64,000 nt of DNA from Dehalococcoidia bacterium (lineage in GTDB: Bacteria; Chloroflexota; Dehalococcoidia; Lucifugimonadales; UBA1127). Below the pieces are notes generated by a model that did not search any database, was not told the DNA's origin, and saw nothing but the letters and a program-made list of their open reading frames with translations. The translations under genes were made by a program, and so were the position numbers. The DNA lies in contig OZ252225.1 of the NCBI GenBank assembly GCA_965249315.1, positions 864,508 through 928,507 on the forward strand, given 5' to 3'. Positions 30,718-40,538 of this stretch are shown piece after piece (positions within the stretch are counted from its first letter, which is position 1; every line of letters begins with the position of its first letter).

Positions 30718-32100
30718 TCAACCCTCAGAGGCTGCTTCGGCGGCGGCTTGGGCCGCCTGCACACCGCTCCGCACCGCCGACTCCATGGTGGAAGGCCAGC
30801 CCGTCTGCACCCAGTCGCCGGCCAGGAAGAGGTTGGGTATGGGGGTCGCGGTCGTGGGCCGCAGACCATCGGCTCCGGGAGTGGGTCGAAAGGTGGCGGC
30901 CAACTGCTTAACCACAATGAACCGCTCGATGCGGGCCGTCTTCGCACGGGGGAACACCCGCGCCAGCTCCGCCGTAAAGAGCCGGCGAAGCTCCTCCTTC
31001 GACATGGGTGCGTAGTCCCAGGCGCCGCTGAGAGAGACGCACACGTACTGCCCCGGCCCGTCCACGCCCTGGATTCGGCTCTTGTTGAAGACCCACTGCA
31101 GCGGGCTGTCCACGACAGCCACGAACTCTTCGTCCATGACATGTCGGTCGTACCAGACGTGGATGCCGACAATGGGCGAGGCCTCCATCGAAGCCGCGGC
31201 CGCCAGGGTCGGCTCCTCCGCCCAAGGCGCTGGCAGCAGCCTGTTCAGCCCGTCCCAGGCGAGTGCGCTGACGAAGCAGTCCGCCTCCAACACCTGGTCC
31301 CCGGACAGCCGGACCGCCACGGTCGACCCCTCCTGCACGTCCAGGAAGAGCACGGACCGGTCCAGGAGAACAGCGCCGCCCCGGCTCTGGATGAACGCGT
31401 GTGCCGCGTCGCTGATGAGGGCGGTCAGCCCTACCCGCGAGTAGCCGATGTCGGCGTTGTGGCGCCCGCCCAGCAACCCTTCCTGGAAGACCATGAAGGC
31501 CGAAGCGGCGCTGACGGCGCTGGAGGCATCGTTGAGGGCCGGCAAGACGAACAGGTCCCAGAGCCGGTCCACGGACCGGGACGACTGGCCTCGCGCTTCC
31601 AACCACTGGAGGAAGGTCTGGCCATCCAGCCGCTCATGGGCGGCGGTCCGGTCCGTCCTCCAGATACGGAGGAAAGCAGCCATCACCCGGAGTTTGTCCC
31701 TCCACCCCAGGTGGGGATACGCAAGGAAAGAGGGAAGCAGATGGAGGGGGGCAGGGAGCCACGGCCACGCGCCGATGACGCCGACACGCCCGTCCGGGTG
31801 CAGGACCGGCACCCGAAGGCGGTCCTGCCGCGCCGTCCGGTCCAGCACGCCAAGGCGTTCCAGGAAGCCGATGTACGCGCTGCAGCAGCCGAGGAAGACG
31901 TGCTGGCCGTTATCCACCTCTTGGCCGGTCTCCGGGTCTCGGAAGGAGAAGGCCCTGCCACCGAGGAAAGGGCGCTTCTCGACCAGCGTGACTCGATAGC
32001 CAAGGTCGAGGAGAGCGCAAGCGGAGGCGAGCCCGGCGAGGCCGCCTCCGATTACCACGCAGTGGCGAGGCGGCGAATGGGAAGGAGACTCTGCAGCCAC
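30718..32100 (-). CDS. hpnE: Hydroxysqualene dehydroxylase (FAD amine-oxidase family), HpnE
   Basis: CVVIGGGLAGLASAC...VTLVEKRPFLGGRA (FAD dinucleotide fold), and the C-terminal FLAGDW..TGWPSTMESAVRSG. It sits directly after the hpnC-hpnD pair. The start is uncertain (32100, or GTG 32058). Confidence 0.8.
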   Translation of the reverse strand: MAAESPSHSPPRHCVVIGGGLAGLASACALLDLGYRVTLVEKRPFLGGRAFSFRDPETGQEVDNGQHVFLGCCSAYIGFLERLGVLDRTARQDRLRVPVLHPDGRVGVIGAWPWLPAPLHLLPSFLAYPHLGWRDKLRVMAAFLRIWRTDRTAAHERLDGQTFLQWLEARGQSSRSVDRLWDLFVLPALNDASSAVSAASAFMVFQEGLLGGRHNADIGYSRVGLTALISDAAHAFIQSRGGAVLLDRSVLFLDVQEGSTVAVRLSGDQVLEADCFVSALAWDGLNRLLPAPWAEEPTLAAAASMEASPIVGIHVWYDRHVMDEEFVAVVDSPLQWVFNKSRIQGVDGPGQYVCVSLSGAWDYAPMSKEELRRLFTAELARVFPRAKTARIERFIVVKQLAATFRPTPGADGLRPTTATPIPNLFLAGDWVQTGWPSTMESAVRSGVQAAQAAAEAASEG

Positions 32101-32933
32101 AATCGCACCATCAGCAGAAGCTTTTCCCTATCGGATAGGGATACCCGCTTAGCGTAAACGTCGTAGCCCTGCGCTTCAATGCGGTCAAGGAGGCGGCTGT
32201 AGATGCCGCCAAGGACCGCCGGGCAGCCCCTGGAGCGGAGCGGCAGGAGGGGAAGGAGTGCCTTGCCCTGCTGGAACTGCTCCCGGGCCCGCTGCACCTG
32301 AAATCGCATCAAGGTCACGAATCGGTCGTTGAAGACGCCTTGGAATAGCTCGTCGTCGCTGTACCCGAAGCGCTGGAGGTCCTCCTGGGGGAGATAGACG
32401 CGACCCTGCGCGCTATCCTCCGCGATGTCCCGCAGGATGTTGGTGAGCTGCATGGCCACGCCCAGCGCGATCGCAGGCTCCTGTGCCTGGGGACTGGTGC
32501 ACCCAAATATACGGATGCAGATGAGGCCGACAACAGAGGCGACGCGGTAGCAGTAGGTCTGCAACTCCTCAAATGTGGAGTACCGGTGCTTGGTGATGTC
32601 CATCTCCACGCCGCGGACCACCTCGTGAAAATACTCCCACGGCACATCGTAGGTCGCGGCGACGTCGGCAATGGCCCGAAACACGGGGCCCTCCGGGTGA
32701 CCGGCTTCGGCCTGCTGCAGGGACGTGGTTACCGCCCCGAGACCCGCCACCTTCTCCTCCGCCTCCAGGGACGAGTCCGCAACGTCATCGCAGAGACGGC
32801 AGAAGGCGTAGGTGGCGTAGATGGCCTGCCGGCGGGGGCGGGGCAGTGTGACGAAGGCGTAGTAGAAGTTCTTTGCCTGGTCGCGAGTCACCTGCTGGCA
32901 GTGCTCGTAGGCGTCTCGAAGAGAGCCTTCCAT
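32052..32933 (-). CDS. hpnD: Presqualene diphosphate synthase (squalene/phytoene synthase family), HpnD
   Basis: NFYYAFVTLPRPRRQAIYATYAFCRLCDDVAD (first Asp-rich region) and NILRDIAEDSAQGRVYLPQEDL (second). It is the second of two tandem SQS-like paralogues. Confidence 0.85.
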   Translation of the reverse strand: MEGSLRDAYEHCQQVTRDQAKNFYYAFVTLPRPRRQAIYATYAFCRLCDDVADSSLEAEEKVAGLGAVTTSLQQAEAGHPEGPVFRAIADVAATYDVPWEYFHEVVRGVEMDITKHRYSTFEELQTYCYRVASVVGLICIRIFGCTSPQAQEPAIALGVAMQLTNILRDIAEDSAQGRVYLPQEDLQRFGYSDDELFQGVFNDRFVTLMRFQVQRAREQFQQGKALLPLLPLRSRGCPAVLGGIYSRLLDRIEAQGYDVYAKRVSLSDREKLLLMVRLWLQSLLPIRRLATAW

Positions 32934-32952
32934 CCGCCTCCCTCGCTCCCGG

Positions 32953-33837
32953 TCAGAGTTGCCTTGCCAGCTTCATGCCCAGGAGGGTCTTTGCCAGGAG
33001 CCAGGCCTTTCGCCGCTTCGTAACCACCGGACGGCGTCGTAGGACATCGTAGCCCTGGCGCTGGATAGCGTCCAGAACGCTGAGGCCGCCCAGGGTGAAG
33101 AGCCGGATGTCCAGCCGGGCGACGCCGTCCACCTGGTCCGTCAGGGGCGCTCCCAAGGCAAAGAGCTCCCGGGTCCTCTCCACCTCGAACGCCATGAGGC
33201 GACGAAACGCGTCGGTGCACTCGCCCTTCGCCAGGTCCTCCTCCGTGACGCCGAAGCGCTCCATGTCCTCGACGGGGATGTATATGCGACCCATCTGGTA
33301 GTCGCGGGTGACGTCCTGCCAGAAGTTGGCAAGCTGGAGTGCGGTGCACGTGAAGTCGGAGAGGCGCAGGCGCTCCGGGTCCCGATAGCCGAAGAGGTGG
33401 AGGAAGAGATGGCCCACCGGGTTGGCCGAGTGGTCGCAGTAGAAGAGGATGGCCTGATATGTGGCGTGCCGATGCTGCCGCTGGTCGATGCGGTTGGCCT
33501 CGATGAGCTTGAGGAAGGGCTCACGGGGGATGTCGTAGGCTTCGATGGTGTGCTGGAGAGCGATCAGGTATACGTTGCGCGGCGCACCTGAGTAGCACCG
33601 CTCCAGGTCCTCTTGCCACAGGTCCAGCAGGTGAAGGCGGTCCCCTTCAGCCTCATCTCCCAGGTCGTCCACGGTGCGGCAGAAGGCGTAGACGGCGCAG
33701 ACGTGGGGAAGAACAGTCTTGGGGAGGAGCCAGGTGCCTACCGTGAAGTTTTCGTAGTGGCTTCGGGCCAGCTGGACGCAGCGCTGGTAGGCCTCCTCCA
33801 GGGAAGGGGACTCCCGCGGCCCGGTCAAGAGCTCCAC
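32953..33837 (-). CDS. hpnC: Hydroxysqualene synthase (squalene/phytoene synthase family), HpnC
   Basis: SHYENFTVGTWLLPKTVLPHVCAVYAFCRTVDDLGDE and NFWQDVTRDYQMGRIYIPVEDM. Its GTG start has an AGGAG SD that contains the yjbQ stop codon. Confidence 0.85.
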   Translation of the reverse strand: MELLTGPRESPSLEEAYQRCVQLARSHYENFTVGTWLLPKTVLPHVCAVYAFCRTVDDLGDEAEGDRLHLLDLWQEDLERCYSGAPRNVYLIALQHTIEAYDIPREPFLKLIEANRIDQRQHRHATYQAILFYCDHSANPVGHLFLHLFGYRDPERLRLSDFTCTALQLANFWQDVTRDYQMGRIYIPVEDMERFGVTEEDLAKGECTDAFRRLMAFEVERTRELFALGAPLTDQVDGVARLDIRLFTLGGLSVLDAIQRQGYDVLRRRPVVTKRRKAWLLAKTLLGMKLARQL

Positions 33838-33847
33838 ACGCCCGCTC

Positions 33848-34348
33848 CTACACTCCGAGGACCTGCACCAGGACGTCTCGCGTCCGGGGCTGGTCGAGCT
33901 CGACCAGGAAGACCCGCTGCCAGCGTCCGAGGGCGATCATGCCTTCGACAATGGGGATGGTCTCGCTCGCACTGAGGACTAGGTGCTGGCAGTGGGCGTG
34001 GCCGTTGGGACACTCGTCCTCGGTCATGTTCACCGTGCGGATGGAGAAGTCGTTGTGCTGATAGTCGCCGCCCTTGGGGGCGACGCGCTCCAAGACCCGG
34101 GCCATGTCCTCCAGGAGAAGCGGCTCCCACTCGTTGATCTTGATGGCAGCCGTGGTGTGGCGGGAGTATACCACGACAAGCCCAGCGAGGACCCCCGCCT
34201 CCCGGACTACCGCAGATACGCGGTCCGTGATGTCTACGAACTGCGGGGCGGCGGAGGTCTCAACCTGGAGAGACTGCACCAATGACTTCATGGGGCCGGA
34301 GTGGGTATGCGGTAGGTGAGTCTGCTCCTCTACCATAACGTCCTTCAT
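33848..34348 (-). CDS. YjbQ/UPF0047-family protein (secondary thiamine-phosphate synthase-like) with N-terminal extension
   Basis: FVDITDRVSAVVREAGVLAGLVVVYSRHTTAAIKINEWEPLLLEDM...GGDYQHNDF...NGHAHCQHLVLSASETIPIVEG.IALGRWQRVFLVELD. ATG 34348 has a GGAGG SD 7 nt upstream. The track start 34453 overlaps shc. Confidence 0.7.
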   Translation of the reverse strand: MKDVMVEEQTHLPHTHSGPMKSLVQSLQVETSAAPQFVDITDRVSAVVREAGVLAGLVVVYSRHTTAAIKINEWEPLLLEDMARVLERVAPKGGDYQHNDFSIRTVNMTEDECPNGHAHCQHLVLSASETIPIVEGMIALGRWQRVFLVELDQPRTRDVLVQVLGV

Positions 34349-34422
34349 ACTGCCGCCTCCCCCACATTCTACCCCATTCTCTCGGGACGCCCGTCTCCGT
34401 CCCGCCCACTGTGACTGGAACG

Positions 34423-36447
34423 CTAGTTGGCGGTACTCCGCTCCTCGCCCCAAGTGACGTAGCGCTGGTAGCGTCCCAAAGCCATGAGAGGCCAGTAGTT
34501 CCTATAGAGGTGGTAGTTGATCATGAAGCCGGCGGGGAGCTCCGTCCCCTGGTGTCCCCGCTCGCCGGGGGCCGGCCTGTCGGTGAGCCGCTCGCCGATG
34601 CCGTAGCCGGGGAAGCCCGCGCCCGTGAACCAGGGCTCGTCCCACGTGCCGTCTTCCCGTTGAGTCCTGGCGAGATAGCCGAAGCCTCGCTTCAGGGCTG
34701 GGTGGCGCCAATGGCCCGCGGCCATGAGCGCCATCAGGGCCCAGGCGGTCTGGGAGGCCGTGCTGGGCCCCCTCCCCCGCAGCGACGGGTCTGCATAGCT
34801 GGCGCACGACTCACCCCAGCCGCCGTCGGCGTTCTGGTGGACGACCAACCACTGGACGGCCTGCTGGACTTCCGGCGCCGTCATGTCCGCCCCGAGGGCC
34901 TCCAGTGCCGGGAGGACGGCGCCCGTCCCGTAGACGTAGTTGACGCCCCAGCGCCCAAACCAGGGCCCATCCCCTTCCTGCTCCCACCTCAGATACGACA
35001 GGGCGGCCTGGACCGCTTGAGAGTCGGTCGGGTAGTCCAGGCGCGCCAGTGCCTCCAGCACGTGGGCCGTGACGTCCGCGCTCGGGGGGTCAAGAGCCTC
35101 ACCGAAGTCGCAGAAGGGAAGGCGGGCGAGCTGGGAGCAGGTGTTGTCCTTGTCGAAGGCAGCCCAGCCACCGTTGCGGCTCTGCATACTCAGCATCCAG
35201 TCCATTCCCCGATCGATGGCTTCCTGGAGCCGGTCCTGCTCAGGAAGGGAGACGCGGCGGAGGGCGATGAGGACTTCGGCCACGTCGTCGATGTCGGGGT
35301 AGGTATCGTTGTGGAACTCGAACGCCCAGCCGCCGGGAGGCGTGTCGGGGTTCTTCACCTGCCAGTCCCCGCCGTTGCGAATCTGCTGTTGTAGGAGCCA
35401 GCGCGCGGCCTGCTGAAGGGCGGGGTGGTCGGGGGGGAGGCCGGAGTCCTCCATTGCGATCATGGCCAGGCAGGTGTCCCATCCGGGCGAGACACAGGCT
35501 TGCACTCGCAGCGTATCGCCGTCTTCGACCATGAATTCCTGGAAGCCTCGAAGCCCCTTCGCTATGGCGCCGGAGCGCGGGTCGTGGCCCAGCAGCTTGA
35601 GCGCGACGAGGGAGTAGACCCACGGAGGTTGGATGCCGCCCCATGAGCCGTCGGCCTCCTGGTGCGCCAGAATCCACGCCTCTGCGCGGCGGATGGCCAG
35701 ACTCCGGCGAGGCTTCCAGGGTAGGCGCTCGTAGGGACGCAGGAGCTGGTCGGCGACCCAGAAGAGGCCCTGCCAGCTCACAACACGCGGGGGACGCGGC
35801 GGGCGGTAGTCCACTTGGTCCCGAGCAATCGGGTACAGCTCATCGATATGGGCCGACCCAGGGATGGGACACACGGGCCTGTGGGCGGTGATAACCAGAA
35901 TCGGCACGATCGTGGCCCGGCTCCACATGGAAAACTCGTAGATGTTGATGGGTGCCGAGGAGGGCAGCAGCATCAGCTCCGGGGGCATGACGGGGAGGCC
36001 ATCCCAGTCCCACTGGCCGAAGAGGGCGAGCCAAATCTTGGTCAGGACGCGTGATCCGGGCACGCCGCCGCGGGAGAGGATGAACTCCCGTGCCCTCACC
36101 ATTCGGGGGGCGTCGGCAGGTACGCCAACCAGCTTCAGAGCAAAGTAGCACTCGATAGAGGTGCTGAGGTCGCCGGGGGCGCCGTAGTACTGGCCCCAAG
36201 AGCCATCGTCCCGCTGGACTCTCCAGATGTGGTTTGCCAGCTTGCGCTCCTGCTCCGGGTCGTCGGTGCCGAGGAAGCGGTGGAGGAGAATGAACTCGGC
36301 CTCCATGGTGGGGTTGGACTCAAGCTCGCCCCACCAGTAGCCTTCGGGGTGCTGGGTGCGCAGGAAGTAGGCCTGGGACCGCCGCACCGCGGTCGATACG
36401 GCGTCCTCCAGGTGTCCGGAGACGATTGGCTGGCGGACCTGCACCAT
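34423..36447 (-). CDS. shc: Squalene-hopene cyclase
   Basis: DXDD catalytic motif (YPDIDDVAEV), multiple QW-type repeats (DGSWGQYYG, DGSWGGIQ, NGGWAAF, DGGWGES, DGTWDEPW), and an N-terminus YFLRTQHPEGYWWGELESN. The start is taken at ATG 36447 (MVQVRQP...). Confidence 0.93.
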   Translation of the reverse strand: MVQVRQPIVSGHLEDAVSTAVRRSQAYFLRTQHPEGYWWGELESNPTMEAEFILLHRFLGTDDPEQERKLANHIWRVQRDDGSWGQYYGAPGDLSTSIECYFALKLVGVPADAPRMVRAREFILSRGGVPGSRVLTKIWLALFGQWDWDGLPVMPPELMLLPSSAPINIYEFSMWSRATIVPILVITAHRPVCPIPGSAHIDELYPIARDQVDYRPPRPPRVVSWQGLFWVADQLLRPYERLPWKPRRSLAIRRAEAWILAHQEADGSWGGIQPPWVYSLVALKLLGHDPRSGAIAKGLRGFQEFMVEDGDTLRVQACVSPGWDTCLAMIAMEDSGLPPDHPALQQAARWLLQQQIRNGGDWQVKNPDTPPGGWAFEFHNDTYPDIDDVAEVLIALRRVSLPEQDRLQEAIDRGMDWMLSMQSRNGGWAAFDKDNTCSQLARLPFCDFGEALDPPSADVTAHVLEALARLDYPTDSQAVQAALSYLRWEQEGDGPWFGRWGVNYVYGTGAVLPALEALGADMTAPEVQQAVQWLVVHQNADGGWGESCASYADPSLRGRGPSTASQTAWALMALMAAGHWRHPALKRGFGYLARTQREDGTWDEPWFTGAGFPGYGIGERLTDRPAPGERGHQGTELPAGFMINYHLYRNYWPLMALGRYQRYVTWGEERSTAN

Positions 36448-36463
36448 TGCGCCTACACCCCTC

Positions 36464-37465
36464 TCACGCGTGTTGGGCTGCGGAGGCCCGGCTGTCCCGG
36501 AACCAGCGCACCGCACACTCCAGGGCGCCCTCCACGGAGCTCTGAGGCAGGCCCAGCTCGCGCACCGCCTTGGAGCAGTCCACTGCTCGGTAGCCCTGGG
36601 TGTGCCGGACTGCCTCCATCGGGACCTGGGGCTCTCGCCGCAGGAGACGCCCCTCGACCCACTCGTCCGCGTAGGCTGCGGCCGCTACCAGCCACAGTGG
36701 GAGCCTCCAGCGCGGCGGACGACGGCCTGCAATGGTGGCAAGGACACCCAGCATCTCCCCCAGGGTCATGTTGCGGTTGCCCAGGATGTACCGCTCTCCC
36801 GACTTCCCCTTCTCCCAGGCAAGCAGGTGGCCCACGGCCACGTCGTCCACGTCCACAAGGTTGAGGTGGGCTGTGACGAAGAAGGGCATGCGGCCCGCGA
36901 CGAAGTCCTGGACCATGCGTCCGGTGGGAGTCGGCTTCGCATCGCCGGGGCCCACGACCACCGTGGGGTTCACCACCACCACGTCCAGCCCCCGACCCAG
37001 GAACGCTTGGACCTCCAGCTCCGCCAGGTGCTTGGTCTGCCGGTACAGGCCGCTCAGGTCGCGGGGAAGCGCAACGGTGGTCTCGTCGGCGAGGCTGCCG
37101 GGCGCAGGGCAGCCGATGACGGCCCACGTGCTGGTGTGCACAACTCGCTGCACGCCGGCCGCCAGGGCTGCAGCGAGGACGTTGCGGGTGCCCTCCACGT
37201 TCGTGCGGTAGAAGGTGCTGGGGTCGCGATGCCACAGAGCGTTGAGGGCTGCGACGTGGAACACCGCCTCACATCCCTCCATCGCTTTCTCAATGGAGGC
37301 AAGGTCCGTGATGTCTCCCTGGACCATCTCTACGTCCAGACCATCCAGCATCGCGGTGTTGCTCGTGCTCCGGGTCAAGGCGCGCACCTCGTGTCCCGCG
37401 TCGACCAACACGCGCGACACGTGGCCGCCAACGAAGCCCGCAGCGCCGGTCACCAGGGCCTTCAC
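36464..37465 (-). CDS. hpnA: Hopanoid-associated NAD-dependent sugar epimerase/SDR, HpnA
   Basis: VKALVTGAAGFVGGHVSRVL..., the YRQTK catalytic YxxxK, and its position between hpnG and shc. GTG 37465 (GGAGG 9 nt upstream) overlaps the hpnG stop (GTGA). Confidence 0.75.
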   Translation of the reverse strand: MKALVTGAAGFVGGHVSRVLVDAGHEVRALTRSTSNTAMLDGLDVEMVQGDITDLASIEKAMEGCEAVFHVAALNALWHRDPSTFYRTNVEGTRNVLAAALAAGVQRVVHTSTWAVIGCPAPGSLADETTVALPRDLSGLYRQTKHLAELEVQAFLGRGLDVVVVNPTVVVGPGDAKPTPTGRMVQDFVAGRMPFFVTAHLNLVDVDDVAVGHLLAWEKGKSGERYILGNRNMTLGEMLGVLATIAGRRPPRWRLPLWLVAAAAYADEWVEGRLLRREPQVPMEAVRHTQGYRAVDCSKAVRELGLPQSSVEGALECAVRWFRDSRASAAQHA

Positions 37466-38295
37466 CTCGGCTGGCCTCCGAGGGCCGCGCTCTCTGGCTG
37501 TCGTGCGTAGGCCGCCCAGACAGCCGAGAAGGCCGCGACGAAGTCGGTGAGGCTTGCTCGGGCGCGAGCGGCGGCACGGGCCAGACGCAGCAGCCGTGGA
37601 AACAGCCACGGTCGGGCCAGGAGAGACGCCACTCGACGCAGCCCGGAGTCTCCCGCAGTTACGTCAACAAGGATGGGAGGCAGCGCATCACCAGCCGCGT
37701 CCACCACTGCGCGCACGGCGAGGAAGGGCGTCTCATGCTGCCGGCATACCATGCCCACCCAGGCGCTCTCCATGTCCACGGCCAGGGCCCCGGTCTCGGC
37801 GCCCAATTGTGCTTTGTCTCCGGGCGAGGTGACGACCTCGGACGCCGTGAGCAGGTGGCCCCAAGCGTGGGGTGTCCGCACCTCCGTCAGGGCGTCCCGT
37901 GCACAACGCAGAAGGGTATCGTCCGGCCGGAGCCTGTCACCGTCCGCTGCGTTCGCCCGGACGATCTCTTCGGCCACAACCAGTGCGCCAGGCGCCACGT
38001 GGGACGCGAGCCCGCCGGCGAACCCGAGGGAGAGGACCGCGCCAGGGTTGTAGCGCTGGAGGAGCTCTTCGGTGGCATTCTCTGCCGCTGCCTGGCCCAT
38101 GCCGCTCACGGAGAGGAGGATGTCCGTTCCGCCCACCGCGCCGCTGTATAGACGAGAGGCGGCGCTGCTGGGCAGGCGCTCCCAGTGTCCCAGGCCGAGA
38201 ATCCCGCCGACCTCCTGGGATAGAGCAGCGACGATCCCCAGGACCGGGGAGTCCTTCTGCGCCGCCGCCTGGTTGACAACCTGCAGGGATGGCAC
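37462..38295 (-). CDS. hpnG: Hopanoid-associated phosphorylase/nucleosidase (PNP_UDP_1 fold), HpnG
   Basis: LGIVAALSQE..., LSLGFAGGL, ALAVDMESAWVG (nucleosidase E-M-E-type block). The GTG start abuts the hpnH stop (TAG-GTG). Confidence 0.75.
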   Translation of the reverse strand: MPSLQVVNQAAAQKDSPVLGIVAALSQEVGGILGLGHWERLPSSAASRLYSGAVGGTDILLSVSGMGQAAAENATEELLQRYNPGAVLSLGFAGGLASHVAPGALVVAEEIVRANAADGDRLRPDDTLLRCARDALTEVRTPHAWGHLLTASEVVTSPGDKAQLGAETGALAVDMESAWVGMVCRQHETPFLAVRAVVDAAGDALPPILVDVTAGDSGLRRVASLLARPWLFPRLLRLARAAARARASLTDFVAAFSAVWAAYARQPESAALGGQPR

Positions 38296-39423
38296 CTAGC
38301 TCGCGCCCACGCCGCTGCGTCGAGTTGCCATGCCCTTCACGAGCGTGCCCAGGGCGCGGGGGTCCTTCATGGCCCCGAAGATGGTCGCTGACTCAAAGCC
38401 GCAGTGCATGGTGCAGTTGGTGCACTTGGGGTTCACCCCCACGCCGTAGCGCTCCCAAAGCTCCTCTTCGAACAGCTTCCCAATGTCCTGGGTGTGCCCC
38501 TCCTCCGCCAGGGGATAGCAGGGCACCCGCCAGCCCAGGATGGTGTATGTAGGGTTGGACCAGGCCGTGCACTGGTACCAGCGCTCGCCCCGGAGGAAGT
38601 CCAGGTACAGGGGGTTGTTGTAGAAGCGGAAGCGTTTGACCGCATCTTTGTCCAGGACTCGCTTGAAGACCTGGATGGACTCCTGGCGGGAGAGGAAGAG
38701 CTGCTGGTCCGGTACGGCCTCGTAGTCGTAGCCGCCGGAGACCATGACGCCCTCGAAGCCCATCTCCGTGACGAGCTCGAACAGCTGGTGGAGGTCGGAG
38801 GCGTTGGAGCCGTGGAAGAGGGTCGTGTTCGAGCAGACGCGGTAGCCGGCCTCCAGGGCTCTGCTGGCGGCCTGCATGGCCACGCGCCAGACTCCGGGGC
38901 GGGACACCGCAATGTCGTGCTGCTCTTCCATGCCGTCCAGGTGGATGACCCAGCACAGGTACTTCGACGGCGGGATGCGCTTCATCATGCGCTCCAAGAG
39001 GATGCCGTTGGTGCAGCAGTAGACGAAGATCTTGCGCTTCACCAGCTCGGCGATGAGCTCCGGGAGCTGCGCATACATCGTCGGCTCGCCGCCGGCGATG
39101 GAGACGATGGGCGCTCCCGACTGCTCAATGGCGCGAAGGCACTGGCTCACCGTGAGCGTTCGGTTGATGACCGGCTCGTACTCCCGGATGCGCCCGCAAC
39201 CCTCGCATGTGAGGTTGCACGCCTCCAGGGGCTCCAGCATCGTCACCAGGGGGAAGCGGCGACGCCGCCGGGCCCACTGCCTCACGACGTAGGAGAAGAG
39301 GCGGAGGGCAAGCTCCACGGGGCGCTTGGAAGGCCCTTTCACCCCCTGCGGGCGGTACATCTCCAGGGCCTCAGCAGCGGAGTTGACCTTGGGACGGGAC
39401 CTCTTGATCTGGATTGTGGTCAA
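38296..39423 (-). CDS. hpnH: Adenosyl-hopene transferase (radical SAM), HpnH
   Basis: LEPLEACNLTCEGCGRIREY (CxxxCxxC radical-SAM cluster) and the HpnH-like C-terminal region. TTG start 39423 has an AAGGAG SD 6 nt upstream. Confidence 0.85.
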   Translation of the reverse strand: MTTIQIKRSRPKVNSAAEALEMYRPQGVKGPSKRPVELALRLFSYVVRQWARRRRRFPLVTMLEPLEACNLTCEGCGRIREYEPVINRTLTVSQCLRAIEQSGAPIVSIAGGEPTMYAQLPELIAELVKRKIFVYCCTNGILLERMMKRIPPSKYLCWVIHLDGMEEQHDIAVSRPGVWRVAMQAASRALEAGYRVCSNTTLFHGSNASDLHQLFELVTEMGFEGVMVSGGYDYEAVPDQQLFLSRQESIQVFKRVLDKDAVKRFRFYNNPLYLDFLRGERWYQCTAWSNPTYTILGWRVPCYPLAEEGHTQDIGKLFEEELWERYGVGVNPKCTNCTMHCGFESATIFGAMKDPRALGTLVKGMATRRSGVGAS

Positions 39424-39448
39424 AGTCTCTCCTTCTCAGGGGCCTCGC

Positions 39449-40495
39449 CTAGTACTGTCTGTGTGCAAAAAAGCTTGCCGTCTCTTCCAATTGGGTCTGG
39501 GATGCAGTGGGGAGGCGGGCGCGGTGCACCCACTCGAGGGCCTCCTGGGCCTTCTCCTCCGCGACCCGCTGCGAGAACTCCCGCGAGCCCAGTTCCTCCA
39601 TCACGTCGAGGACCGCATCGACTGCGCTGTCGTCCAAGGCGTCACCCTGGTAGAGCTCGGTCAGGCGCTTGCGGGCGGCGTCGCCGGCCTGGTGGAAGGC
39701 GTGCACCACGGGCAGGGACTTCTTCTTGCGGCGAATGTCCGCGCCCACGGCCTTGCCCGTCAGCCCGGTCTCACCCCAGACCCCCAGCACGTCGTCCCGG
39801 GCCTGAAATGCCAGGCCCAGCAGGCGGCCGCAACGACGCAGCGCCTCCACCCGCTCGGCGTTCTGGGTGCCCAGGAGGGCCCCTAGGTGCGTGGCGGCCT
39901 CCAACAGGGCCCCCGTCTTCTTGGCCACCATCGTCAGGTACTCGTCGGGAGTCACGTCCGTTCGAGTCTCGAAGCTCAGGTCGAGGTACTGTCCTTCGAT
40001 CATCTCCAGATAGCGCTGCGTGAGGATGGACTGGGCGTGCAGGGCAGCCGGGAGGGCAACGTCTCTTTCAAGGAGACCGTGCATGGCAGAGTCCGCCAGG
40101 ACCCTCATGGCGTTGCCCGCCACCAGGGCCGTCGGGATACCCCACTGCACCCACACCGTGGGGCGGTGGTGGCGCTCCTGGTCGCCGTCCTGGATGTCGT
40201 CGTGAATGAGGGAGAAGTTGTGGATAAGCTCCAACGCCAGTGCGACGGGCATGGCCTGGGCGGCAACGCCGCCGACGGCTTCGCAGGTAAAGAGGCAGAG
40301 GGTGGGCCGAAGGGCCTTCCCAGTGGCGCCGGAGTATGGGGCGCCCTGGGCGTCAACCCATCCCATGTGATAGCGGAGCAGGAGAAGGAGGCCAGGGTCT
40401 CCGCGATCCAGCGACCCCCGGAGCTCTCGCCCCAACAGCGGACCATAGCGTCCCAACACCGCTGGAGGCGTCGATATTCCGCTCTTCACATTCAC
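39449..40495 (-). CDS. Polyprenyl diphosphate synthase (farnesyl/geranylgeranyl-PP synthase)
   Basis: First Asp-rich motif LIHDDIQDGDQERHHRPT and second FQARDDVLGVWG. It is the first gene of the hopanoid operon and has a GTG start. Confidence 0.85.
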   Translation of the reverse strand: MNVKSGISTPPAVLGRYGPLLGRELRGSLDRGDPGLLLLLRYHMGWVDAQGAPYSGATGKALRPTLCLFTCEAVGGVAAQAMPVALALELIHNFSLIHDDIQDGDQERHHRPTVWVQWGIPTALVAGNAMRVLADSAMHGLLERDVALPAALHAQSILTQRYLEMIEGQYLDLSFETRTDVTPDEYLTMVAKKTGALLEAATHLGALLGTQNAERVEALRRCGRLLGLAFQARDDVLGVWGETGLTGKAVGADIRRKKKSLPVVHAFHQAGDAARKRLTELYQGDALDDSAVDAVLDVMEELGSREFSQRVAEEKAQEALEWVHRARLPTASQTQLEETASFFAHRQY

Positions 40496-40538
40496 AGACG
40501 CGTCTTTCCGAGGGGATACCTAGTATAACGAGGGTATC

